From the NCBI GenBank assembly GCA_043228905.1, contig JBHGNT010000004.1, forward strand, positions 4,030,001-4,094,000: 64,000 bases of DNA. Reading direction: 5' to 3'. Origin of the DNA: Azolla caroliniana (Eukaryota > Plantae > Polypodiophyta). Positions 1 through 11,148 of the stretch are shown here, one piece after another. Made by a program: the position numbers and the translations under genes. The notes under the pieces were generated by a model. The model had not been told where the DNA came from, ran no database searches, and saw only the letters and a program-made list of their open reading frames with translations. The first letter of the stretch is position 1. Each line of letters starts with the position of its first letter.

Positions 1-356
1 TCAGGCTATGATTATGGATCAAGGTTAGGTCAGGAGTATTCTTAAGGTCAAGGTGAGGTTCTGAATTATGGTTAATGGATAAGATTAAGGTTATATCAGG
101 GTTGTGGACTCGGTTAGCTATGGTTAGATTAGGAATATTGGTAAGATTAAGATCAGGTTAGGAATATTGGTAAGATTAGGTATATTAGTAAGGTAAAAAT
201 TGGGCTGGGAATATTGATAGCATTAAAGTTAGGTTAGAACTATTGGTAAGGTTAGGGTTTAGGTTAGGACTATGAATCATGATTAAGACTAGGTTAGGGT
301 TATTGTCGAGGTTAAGTTTATGTTTAAGGGGCTAAGGTTAGGTCAGGAGTAGGGAT
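1..356. repeat. Degenerate TTAGG/GGTTA-rich low-complexity repeat, probably intronic
   Basis: Recurrent ggttagg/ttaggg/aatattggtaagatta motifs, lying directly upstream of a polypyrimidine tract and AG acceptor. Confidence 0.6.
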
Positions 357-360
357 TGGT

Positions 361-409
361 TTCTTTTTTCCTCTTTTTACTTACCCTTTGGTCTTTATTT
401 TCATACTAG
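361..409 (+). other. Polypyrimidine tract and 3' splice acceptor
   Basis: ttcttttttcctctttttac...tcatacTAG|G, with AG at 408-409 (phase 1). The ORF-track start at 388 is a TTG inside this tract. Confidence 0.7.
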
Positions 410-1185
410 GAGAAAAGGGATTCCCAATAGTCTTCTATATCCATGGAGGTGGATTTGTTTTTATGACTCCGAGAAACCGAATTTATGATGCCTTTTGCAA
501 TCGTCTATGTGAATCTTGCAATGCGATAGTTATCTCCATTGACTATCGTAGGTCACCTGAGTTTCGATACCCTACTGCCTACGAAGATTGCTTGACGACA
601 ATTACATGGGTCCATCACAATATTAAGAATAAAATTTCACCTTATGCAGATGCTTCTTCCATGTATTTGGTGGGTGATAGTGCCGGGGGGAACATTGTGC
701 ATCATGTCACATCGATGATACTCACTAATATGCCAAAAGAATCACGAAATCCGCTAAAACTCAAAGGTATTGTCTTGCTTTGCCCATTCTTTGGCGGAGA
801 AGAAAGAACACCAAGTGAGATTCGTATGAGTTATAGTCCTCTCATAACTCTTCAAGCATGTGATTCATATTGGAATGCTTATCTCCCCCTCGGAGTCACT
901 AGAGACCACCAAGCAGCCCATGTGTTTGGTCAACATGACACATACGACTATATGAAGCTTGATTTCCCCCCTGCCATGGTCATAGTTGCAGAACATGATA
1001 TGTTGAAAGATTGGCAACTACGTTATGTTGAGCAATTTCGGGAATTTGATAAGAGAATCATTCTCGAGTATTGCAAGGGAGGATTCCACTCCTCCCATCT
1101 TTTCCCCCAAATGGAAATGTCTTCGTATGTGATTGATAGGTTGTGTCAGTTTATGGAAGAATGTTCTGAATTCGAAAGAAGATAA
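410..1185 (+). CDS. Terminal exon of a plant carboxylesterase (alpha/beta hydrolase, HSL family; CXE / GID1-like protein)
   Basis: Uninterrupted ORF with HGGGF, YRRSPEFRYPTAYED, GDSAGGN (Ser), PFFGGEERT, AEHDMLKDWQ (Asp), GGFH (His); stop TAA at 1183-1185; N-terminus lies upstream of the window. Confidence 0.88.
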
Positions 1186-2604
1186 TCAATGAAAAAGGTA
1201 GTCATCTAGACGCATCATAAAGGAATTCATCTAGACGCATAGTATAGTCATCGACGAAGATGATCCATCATAAAGGCAGGGTATAGTCACCACCAACGTT
1301 CAAATATTGCTCTAGTATAATGAAGCAACAAATTTTCTAGATCCTCGGTCTTCTAGATGGGACTAATCTCATGTCTTAGATCTTGTAATTATCTATTTGT
1401 GTAAATTGAATGTTTGATAGATGTATTTGGTTAAAGCTATGTATATTCCATCATATCTACATCAAATATGTCTTCTCATACGACATCAATATTGGGCCAT
1501 AACTAGCTTAATGTTAGAAACACAATGTCAAAATGAACATGTCATTACATATGATTGCATCAATTTGATGTTAGGGACGTGAAGAAACTATTATAATGCT
1601 AGAAAGTGCAAAGAGGGGAAATTAATATCAAGGGTGTGATATAGATGTAATCCTTGAGTAGTTATAGACATGTTACAATTGAAGATTCACATGACAGGTG
1701 TTCCACGAGTTAGGTAATGTCCCAAAAAATGTTACTACGTACATCTTTGAATCTAGCTTCATTTCCAACATCTTCCATTGCAAAATGACTACACCAAACT
1801 TGTTATATGGCTAGTGACATAATTAGATTAGTTAATCTCAATCTTGTATAGCTTTTAGGTGTGTTAAATCAGGCTAACAACTTGGCCAAAATTCTTCCTC
1901 CAAACCAAGATTATGATGCAATATTACGCCAATCTATACCTTATTGTTCGCAAGATTGGTACCTTTGATCTAATGTAGCTACACAGTTGTTGATGATCAT
2001 GATGGTATGTTGATGTGAATATTGATGTAATGGTGATGGTGTTCATAGTGATGATGATCATATTTTTTATGGTTATGGCTATGGTGGTGGTGTTCGAAGT
2101 TTTCTCATTGTAACAATTGTGGAAAATTCTATGACCTACTAATAAAGTTTTCTCATAGATCTAATCACAGAAGATTCTATGACTAAAATTTTTCTTGTTG
2201 CAATAATCATGGAGGATTCGATGATTGGCCTCCAAAATGCTAGACTACAAACTCATGATGCTTTTTTACAGAAACATCTACACCCACAATATATAACTTA
2301 AGAAAGTCAAGTGGAAAACAAGTTATGCAATGCAAGAAAACCCTTGATACCCAACATAGAGTGGTCGTAACTACATAGGCCCTCAAGTAGTGAATGATTT
2401 TCATACCAAGAAGAAGGTGTTTGCGATACTACCATCGACACAATAAAATAATCATCCTAATGATATTATCAAGATCAAGACAACAACCATAGGAAGCATA
2501 ACAAATATAATTATGACAAAGCCAACCCCTTTTTGGTGGTCAACAACCATCAATCTCAAAGGCACCACATTCCCAAAAGCACTCGCTCTGCACCACACAC
2601 AACT

Positions 2605-3632
2605 TCCGACTGATCGGTAGGTTGCCGAAATTGTCATCAAACCTCTTGGCCTGGACAAGTTGCGGCATTTTTCGACTATGCTTGGCTTACAACATCTCGA
2701 CATACCAAACTTGAGGGGGAGGAGTGAAGCCGAAAAGCCGAATCGGATGAAGAATTCGATTTTGGATTGGTTGAAGAAGCCGAGGACACATGGACAAGTG
2801 GAAGAAGATTGGCTAAGCAAAGACTAGTTGCATGCCAAAAAGAGAGACCAAAGCCAAAGCCAACCGAACCAAGGGGAGGTGGAATTGAGAGAGGCGGAAA
2901 AATTGAAAAGGACAGAGCCGACTAAGTGAAGGCCAGGACCAAGACATGGGGAGATGTGGTCAAGGGCTTGAAGGAGGACGAATCAGAGACAACCAATTCG
3001 GACAAGAGCTGGAACGAATCGGTACTAGCCGATTTGATTGAGGATGGTGATTCGGACAAACCGAATCACACAAAGGCCAAACAGACGAGAAGGCAACCGA
3101 AGCCAACGCCGAGATGGAGGAGCCGACAGGTCGAGGGACGCCAATACCGTGACAACGAGGTAGCTAAGAAGGTCCTGAGTAGTAGACAAGTTGACCGTAG
3201 GGGTCGAGGTGCACGGAACTAGATGAGTTGAGAAATGAATCGGTTGAAGACTGATCAACTAGACCCGAATCGGCTGAAGAAGCCGAGAGCCAAATCGAAT
3301 AGAGTTCGATTTAGGTATGCCGAATTGAAGGGAATTCGATTGGCTGTTAAGATCCTATAGTAAATAGGAATATTATAGGCAGAATTAATGTCAGGCTTAT
3401 TTATGAGCATTCAAGTAATGAAGATACTTGTGTCAGCCCACTCATAAGGGCTTGTATATAAAGTGCACTCTGAGCACTATTGTATGTAATGATCCTTTTT
3501 GTAATCGAAATATTGTTGTCTGCTACACTCAATCTCTCTCTCTCTCTCATATTTTCTATGTTTACCTAACTGTCGAGTTTCCGAATAATCAATTGTGTGC
3601 TCGATGTCTTTCGCACATGTAATCTTTTTACA
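2605..3632 (+). mobile_element. Old Ty1/copia 3' remnant: RNase H end, extension region, degenerate 3' LTR (~3225-3632)
   Basis: TDR*VAEIVIKPLGLDKLRHFSTMLGLQHLDIPNLRG; KARTKTWGDVVKGLKEDESETTNS matches the element at 56946-59130; LTR-like end ...cgcacatgtaatctttttaCA. Confidence 0.65.
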
Positions 3633-3726
3633 CTAACCTTCATTGATGGCTGCACTTGGGACACCTGGGCATGCTTGATAGAGAAGAAAAGCGAAGTCTT
3701 CTCCTATTTCTACAAGGTGAAGAGTT
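3633..3726 (+). pseudogene. Copia integrase fragment (host element M, part 1)
   Basis: LTFIDGCTWDTWACLIEKKSEVFSYFYKVKS; continues in codon register at 21137. Confidence 0.65.
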
Positions 3727-4411
3727 TGTTAGGAATATGTCCCTCCTATGGGAGGAGCCGACTAGTCGGATTGAGAGTCGACAATAGACAAGGAATAGCT
3801 AACTGGTCTAGCCGAGAGCCGACAATCGATATCATGGAGTCAACAACATAGTAAGTGATCCAAGTCGAAGACACGACCAACTAATCGGGCCAACCATATA
3901 GTTGACTAGTCGGGTCAATTGGACAGTCGACACAGGTGTCAGCTAGTTGATCAGTCAGCTGATTAACTGCTATTTATTATTAGTATAATAATAGAAGTGA
4001 GAGTAGTAGGGACTACATTTGTAAATAGCCCATAAGGTGTATAAGTATAATACACTTAGGGTAAAAGAAGTTAGTGTAGAACAGAAGTTAGAGTAGAAAG
4101 AGAGAATAGACTAGTGTAGAGTTTCTGTAACTGGGAGTTACAGAGAGACGTGAAAGTGCGTGAGAGAGAGCGGCGGCAAAGTTTAACAAACCTGGAAAGA
4201 ACCCTAAGTGGTTATCCTCTGAGCATCAAAGAAGAGTTGTAATCTTTCTTTGTATTTTCTGTGTATAGTGGAAGATCTGTTCTCCCCTAGTTTTTCCCGT
4301 TTAGGGTTTCCACGTTGAACACTGTATACTGTGCATTTGTTTTCTGTTTCTGCGCTATTGTGTATTTCACAATCGGTCTTCTTCTTGAATCTCAGGGATT
4401 AGATCTCAACA
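3727..4411 (+). repeat. 5' LTR of copia A
   Basis: TG...CA ends; resembles the LTRs at 10480 and 22105; followed by PBS TGGTATCAAAGC (4415-4426, tRNA-iMet type). Confidence 0.8.
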
Positions 4412-4438
4412 AACTGGTATCAAAGCGACAGGTGAAAG

Positions 4439-7400
4439 ATGGAAGGAGGTGTAAGTGGCTTCCTAGGTATGATAGTTCTAAACTCTAAAAACTATGCAGA
4501 CTGGAAGATAAAGATGGAAGACCTTCTCATAGTCAAAGACTTGTATGAGCCCATCGACAAAGTAGAAATACCCACAAGGTATTAGCGTTTGAATAGAAAC
4601 TTCTGAACAGAAAGGCAGTGGCCACCATCAGACAATGCGTCGATGTAAGTGTCCTTAAGCATGTGGCAAATGACACATGCTTATGAGATGTGGCAAAAGT
4701 GGTTAGGTCTATATGTGAGGAAGAATGCCCTCAACAAAACATCTTTGATGAGAAAGATTGTAAGGCTGAAATACAGGGTCGGAGAAAGCATAGAGGAGCA
4801 TCTAAACACATTCTTGGGGTATGTTAACCAACTTGCGACAACCAAGTTTCCCTTGAGGATGCAATAAAGGCCATTCTACTATTGTGTACCCTGCCAGACA
4901 GTTGGGAGAACCTGTTGGTGACTCTCAACACTTCATGTCAAGAAGAGAACTTGTCTCTACAAGAGGTAAAGACAAGCATCTTGAATGAGGAAACAAGAAG
5001 GAAGGACAAGAGTGTCCTGTCCCAGTCGAAGTCAAATATGACTCAACAAACTGGTAGAGGAAGAAAATGGCAAAGAAGCCATAAAGAAGGGACAAGTCCC
5101 AAGCCAAGTCCAAGTCCAAAGGCAAGTTGACATGTTTCTATTGTGGAAAGCCTGGACACTTCCAGAAGAACTATCGACACCTCAAGAAGGACAAGAGTGT
5201 CGGTAATAATGTCGAACCGAGGAACATTCCTGATGAAAAGGGCACATTAGTCATAGCCACGAGTGCAAAGGAGATCCTATTCATTTGTGAGCAGGCAAGC
5301 ACAAATCTTGCAAGTGAAGAGTGTACATGGGTTATCGATTCGGGTGCATCCTTCCATATAACTCTGCCGAGAGAGTGTTTCTTGACTTACACAGTCGGTG
5401 ATCATGACTATTAAAGATGGGAGACAATGGGGAATGCAAGATAGCCGGCATAGGAAGTGTATGCATGACAACGTCGACAGGTTATCGACTGACTCTGAGG
5501 GAAGTTCGACATGTCCCCGATATCAGATTGAATCTGATATTGACTATAAGGTTGGATGACGAAGGCTACAATGGTGGCTTCAAAAACGGCAACTGGAAGT
5601 TTTGCCGAGGAAACCTCATAGTGAACCAAGCATAGAAAGAGGGCACATTGTATATAATGCATGCCGGACTGTGCAAGTCAGAAGAGAATGTGGCAGCTGA
5701 CTCAAGTGGAGAGTTATGCCATAAGAGGATTGGCCACATGAGTATAGTCGGAAGACATGGGCCTTCATACTCAAGTCGAAGGATCAAGTATTGTCAATGT
5801 TTAAGGAGTTCCAGGTTAGAACCGAAAGAGAGTTAGGTCGAAAGTTGAAGGTTGTCCGAACCAACAATGGTGGTGAATATAAAGGGCAGTTCGAGGAATA
5901 CTACAAGGCCCAAGGTATTCAAATCGAATACATAGTGTCGAAGTTGAACGGACTTGCAGAGAGGATGACTCAAACGATTATGGAGAGAGTAAGGAGCATG
6001 TTGTCGCATGCTACGCTGCCGAAAACATATTTGGCTTAGGTGATGTATACATCTATTTATTTGATAAACAAGTCTCCCTTAGTACCATTGAAGGGCGATG
6101 TCCCACAACGGGTGTGGACAGGAAAGGATGTCTCGTACCGACACCTAACGGTGTTCGGATGCTTAGGGTATATGCAAGTGGCTAAGGACTAGAGGTCGAA
6201 GCTCGAAAGTAAGTCGAAACCATGCATATTCATGGGATACTTGGAGGATGAATTTGGCTACAGGCTGTTGGACTTAGTCGACAAGAAAGTACTGAGGGGT
6301 CGGAATGTAGTCTTCTTGGAAGACAAGATAATTGAGGACTGGAAGGAACAGAAGTTGGAATCGATTTCCCAGTTGACTCCCACTACTACTAACTTAAGGC
6401 CAAGTTAACCGAGCAGTCGGCTGTTCGGAGATAGCAAGTCAACACAGCCGAATCCGATTCAGTCGACTCGGAGCAACCGAGCAACACAAACGAATCTGAG
6501 TCGGCGAACCTACTAAAGTCGATCGAGGAATACGAGTCGGAATCAACTAACCCTCAATGACCAATCGACACATATAAACCCGAGCCAAGAGAAGAGTCGG
6601 TAGAGACATCCGAACCCATATAAAGACTGGAGAAGTCGACAACGTACCCAGATATAAAACCCGCATTGTGGTGAAGGGGTTCCAATAGAAAAAGTGTGTT
6701 GAGATTGACGAAATTTTTGAACTAGTCGTGAAGATTACATCCATCCGAACTGTTCTTAGCATCGATGCGAGCATCCTGACATGCTTTTAGTGCGGGAAAC
6801 CTAGACACTTTCAGAAGCACTACCGACACCTGAAGAAGGACAAAGGTGTCAGTAAGGATGTCAAACCGAGAAAGGTTTTGCGGAAAAGGGCACTTCGGCC
6901 GTGGCCACAAGTGCATAGGAGATCTTGTTCATCTGTGAGCTGGCAGGCACAAATCTTGCAAGTGAATGGTGCACATGGGTGATCGACTCTGGTGCATCAT
7001 TCCATATAACTCCATTGAGAGAGTGTTTCTTGACTTACACAGCCGAAGATCATGGCTATGTAAAGATGAGAGATAATGGTGAGTGCAAGATAATCGACAT
7101 TAGAAGTACAAGCCTTATGACGTCAATAGGTTGTCGACTAACTCTGAGGGAATTTCGACATGTCCCCAATATCAGATTGAATCTGATATCAACTGAAAGG
7201 TTGGATGACGAAAGCTACAATGGTAGCTTCCGAAACGACAAGTGGAAGTTCTACCGAGGATGCCTCATAGTGACTTGAGCACAGAAAGAGGGCACACTGT
7301 ATATAATGCATGCGGGACTCTGCAAATCGGAAGACAATGTGGCAGCCGACTTGAGTGGAGAGTTATGGCATAAGACGCTTGGCCACATGAGTGAAAAAGG

Positions 7401-8915
7401 AATGCACATCCTGGCCGACCACAAACTTCTCCCAGAAATGAAAGGAGTACACTTGGAGAAGGAAAGCAGAACATAGCAGCATTCCACACAAGACCACCAA
7501 GAAGAAGAGAAGCTGCATTGGAACTGGTACGCACGGATTATGCTATGTAGATGCTCCATCACATCGAGGTGGACAATACTTCTTAACGTTTATGGACGAC
7601 TATAGTCGGAAGACATGGGCCTTCATAATGAAGTTGAAGGATCAAGTACTGTGAATGTTTAAGGAGTTAAGGAGTTCCAGGTTAGAACTGAAAGAGAGTT
7701 AGGTCGGAAGTCGAAGGTTGTCCGAATCGACAATGGTGGCGAATATAAAGGGCAGTTCGAGGAAAACTGCAAGGCCCAAGGTATTCGAATCTAATACACA
7801 ATGTCAAAGACCCCTGAGTTGAACGGGCTTGCAAAGAGAATGAATGAAACGATTATGGAGAGAGTAAGGAGCATGTTGTCACATGTTAAGTTGCCGAAAA
7901 CGTATTTGGCTTAGGTGATGTATACAATTTTTTATTTGATAAACAGGTCTCCCTTAGTGCCATTGAAGGGAGATATCCCACAGTGGGCGTGGACAAGAAA
8001 GGATGTCTCCTACCGACACTTCATGATGTTCAAATGCTTAGGGTAGATGCATGTGGTTAAGGACCAAAGGTCGAAGCTCGATAGTAAGTTGAAACCATGC
8101 ATATTCATGGGATACTCAGAGGACGAGTTTGGCTACAGGTTGTGGGACTTAGTTGACAAGAAAGTAGCGAGGAGTCGGGATGTAGTCTTCTTGGTAGACA
8201 AGACAATTGAGGACCGGAAGGAACAGAAGTCGGAATAGATTTCCCAATCGACTCCCACTACTACCGACTTAAGGCCAAGTGAACCGAACAGTCGGTTGTT
8301 TGGAGACAACGAGTCAACACAACCAAATCTGAGTCGGTTGTCTCGGAGCAACCGACCAACACAAATGAGTCGGAGTCGGGGGACCTATTGAAGTCGATTG
8401 AGGACTACGAGTGAGAATCGGCTAACTCTCAACGACCGATCCACACATATGAACCTGAGCCAAGAGTAGAGTCAGCAGAGACATCCAGATTGGAGCTGAC
8501 AATGGGTGGAAGAAGATACCAACTTAGAGAAAGAAGAGCACAGAATACATATGTGAGTCAAGACATCCTCTTGACTGATGAAGGTGAACCTGAGTGCTAT
8601 GATGAAGCCATTGTTGATGAGCACACAGAGAAATGGTAGAGTGCAGTGCAAGACAAGATGGACTCCTTGCATGAGAACTACACCTATGACTTAGTAGAAT
8701 TACCGAAAGGTAAGAGAGCACATAGAAATAAATGGGTCTACAAGGTGAAGACCGGTGAAGTTGACAACACACCCAAATATAAAGCCGCATTGTGGTGAAG
8801 GGGTTTCAACAGAAAAAGGGTGTTGACTTTGACGAAATATTTGCACTAGTCGTGAAGATGACATCAATTCGAATTGTTCTGAGCATAATTGCCAATATGG
8901 ACTTGGAGATCGAAC
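4439..8915 (+). pseudogene. Degenerate copia gag-pol, with zinc knuckle-PR-INT-RT start present twice in tandem (~5125-6775 and ~6776-8915)
   Basis: MEGGVSG gag start; CFYCGKPGH; WVIDSGAS twice; integrase motifs twice; many stops and frameshifts. Confidence 0.8.
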
Positions 8916-10479
8916 TGTGGGCTCCCGTGGTTTCTCCTGATTATGGTTTTCCACGTTAATACTCTGTGTCGTCCTATTTCTGTTTTCTGTTTCTTCCATT
9001 GTGAGTTTGAGACTCGGTTGTGGCCGAGCATGATTTTCTCAAACTGGTATTAACGCGAAGTTGTAAACTTCAAACAAAGAAAGAAAATGGAAGATTAATC
9101 CGGTAGCATGTTCAAGCTCACCGATTCCAACTACCCAGTCTGGAAGTCGAAGATGAGGGACATGTTGGTGGCCAAAGATCTCTAGCTGCCAGTACAGTTT
9201 GGAGATGCAAAACCGGACAAAATAGATGCACCGACTTGGGAGGTGATGCACATGAAGATAACATCCTACCTTCGTTGCTTCATCGATATGAGCTTGTACA
9301 ACAACTTCAATGATGAGAGTAAGGCTCATGAACTTTGGGAGAAGATAGGCATCATGTTTCAAAACAAAAATGTTGTGAATCCGGTCTGAGTATTCCGAAA
9401 GTTAGTGAGAATCTGATATCAAGACTACTCCAGTATGGCGGAGCACATGAATGCCTTCCAAGGGCTTCTAAATCAAACAACCTCGTAGGAAGTACCTCTA
9501 GCCAACAAGGTACTCGCGTTGCTCCTGCTTGATTCGCTCCTGGATAGTTGGGAGACGTTGGTTGTCACTTTGGGAAACATCGGGCCGGAAGGGAAACACC
9601 TATCCCTAGCAAGAGTAAAGTCGAGCCTTCTAGATGAAGAAGCTCGTCGGAAGGATCAGGAATCCGGAACCGATCTGAAGGGCTTGGTTATGGAAAACGA
9701 GTATGACCGGCGAAGACGCTGGAATCGGAGTCCCCAGAATTGGGAGAAATTGGGGACGAGATCTAAATCAAGGGGGAGGCCCACATGCTTCTATTGTGGG
9801 AAGCCAAGGCACTTCCAGAAGAATTGCTAGCACTTTCGGAAGGAGAAAGGGACCAACAATACCGACTCGAAGAAGGGTCCGGATCGGAAAGGAACGTTTG
9901 CAATTGCGACTAGTGAGGAAGAATTGTTGCTCATCACCAAGGAAAATGAGCTACACCTTGTTAGCGATGAAAGGACGTGGGTGGTCGACTCCGGCGCATC
10001 GTTCCATCCGAACCCCGACCAGAAGTGCTTCTCATATTACAAAGCCGGAGATCACGGTTTTGTCTGAATGGGAAATGAAGGTGCATGCCGAATTGTCGGC
10101 ATGGGAGATGTGTGGCTAACGACATCAACCGGGTGCAAGCTACTGCTGAAAGATGTTTGACATGTTCTAGAGGTTCGGTTGAACCTAATATTAGTCGGTT
10201 GGCTATGTGATGAAGGCTACATGGGTAGCATCCAGAATAGATTCATGAAGTTAAGCAAAGGGAGCTTGATCGTGGCCCGAGCCTAGGAGATCCACACATT
10301 GTACCTGATGCATGCCCGGATTTGCTAAGAAGAAGTGAACGTGGCATCCGACAATGCCGGTGAGCTGTGGCACAAAAGGCTGTGTCACATGAGCCAAAAA
10401 GGGATGCGTAGACTTGTTGAGGACAACCTCATTCCGGAGGTGAAAGACGTGCAACTTAAGAAGTGCACCGATTGCTTAG

Positions 10480-11117
10480 TGTTGGGATTACGGTCCCTCC
10501 GGATGCGATGGTCGGATGTCCGAGAATCGGATGATGAATACCCCGGCTACAGAGTCGGATGATGAAGACCCCGGTTACGGAGCCGGATGCTGAAGACCCC
10601 GACTACGGAGCCGGATGCTGAAGACCCCGGTTACGGAGCCGGATGACGAATGTACCCGGAGAGAGATCCGGATGCGGGGACATATTTGTGAATATGTTTG
10701 CCAAGAGCCCTTGAGGCTATATTTGTAAATAGCCCGAAAGTCATATGTGTATAAATATGACTTAGGGCAAACAGTTTAAATGTTGTTGCTCAATTTTTAT
10801 GTTTTCAGCCGAGAGAGCAAAGTGAGAGCAGCCAAGAGAGAGGGAGAGAAACGAAGAGGTCGACATCTCTGTGTATCACCGCCGCCTGTGGCGAAGACAG
10901 TGAGCTCAAGGTCGTTGCCTTGTAGCTTCACCATTGTACACCTCTGTTTATAGTGATAGTTGGAGTTTGAGGACTCCCGTGGTTTTTCCCATTTAGGGTT
11001 TTCCACGTAAAACATCCTGTGTACTCCTCTCTCTATTGTCCTCGTGCACTTTGTATTTCCCGTTTTCTGTGAGTTGATCCTATTCCTCGGTTTGTGACCG
11101 AGCGTTGTTCTGCAACA
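10480..11117 (+). repeat. 5' LTR of B (four 28-bp U3 repeats)
   Basis: TGTTG...CAACA; near-identical to 15230-15839. Confidence 0.95.
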
Positions 11118-11148
11118 AATTGGTATCAGAGCGACGGTAACACAGAAA

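Noticed and set aside
388-409. ORF-track N-terminus MVFIFIL of the carboxylesterase
   Set aside because: It starts at TTG inside a polypyrimidine tract; better explained as intron sequence before the AG acceptor.
1195-1295. Short duplicated motifs in the 3' UTR (tcatctagacgcat, catcataaagg)
   Set aside because: Likely local slippage or repair filler; no further structure supports a function.
10528-10645. 28-bp direct repeats resembling a CRISPR array
   Set aside because: Head-to-tail with no spacers, inside eukaryotic LTRs, and no cas genes.
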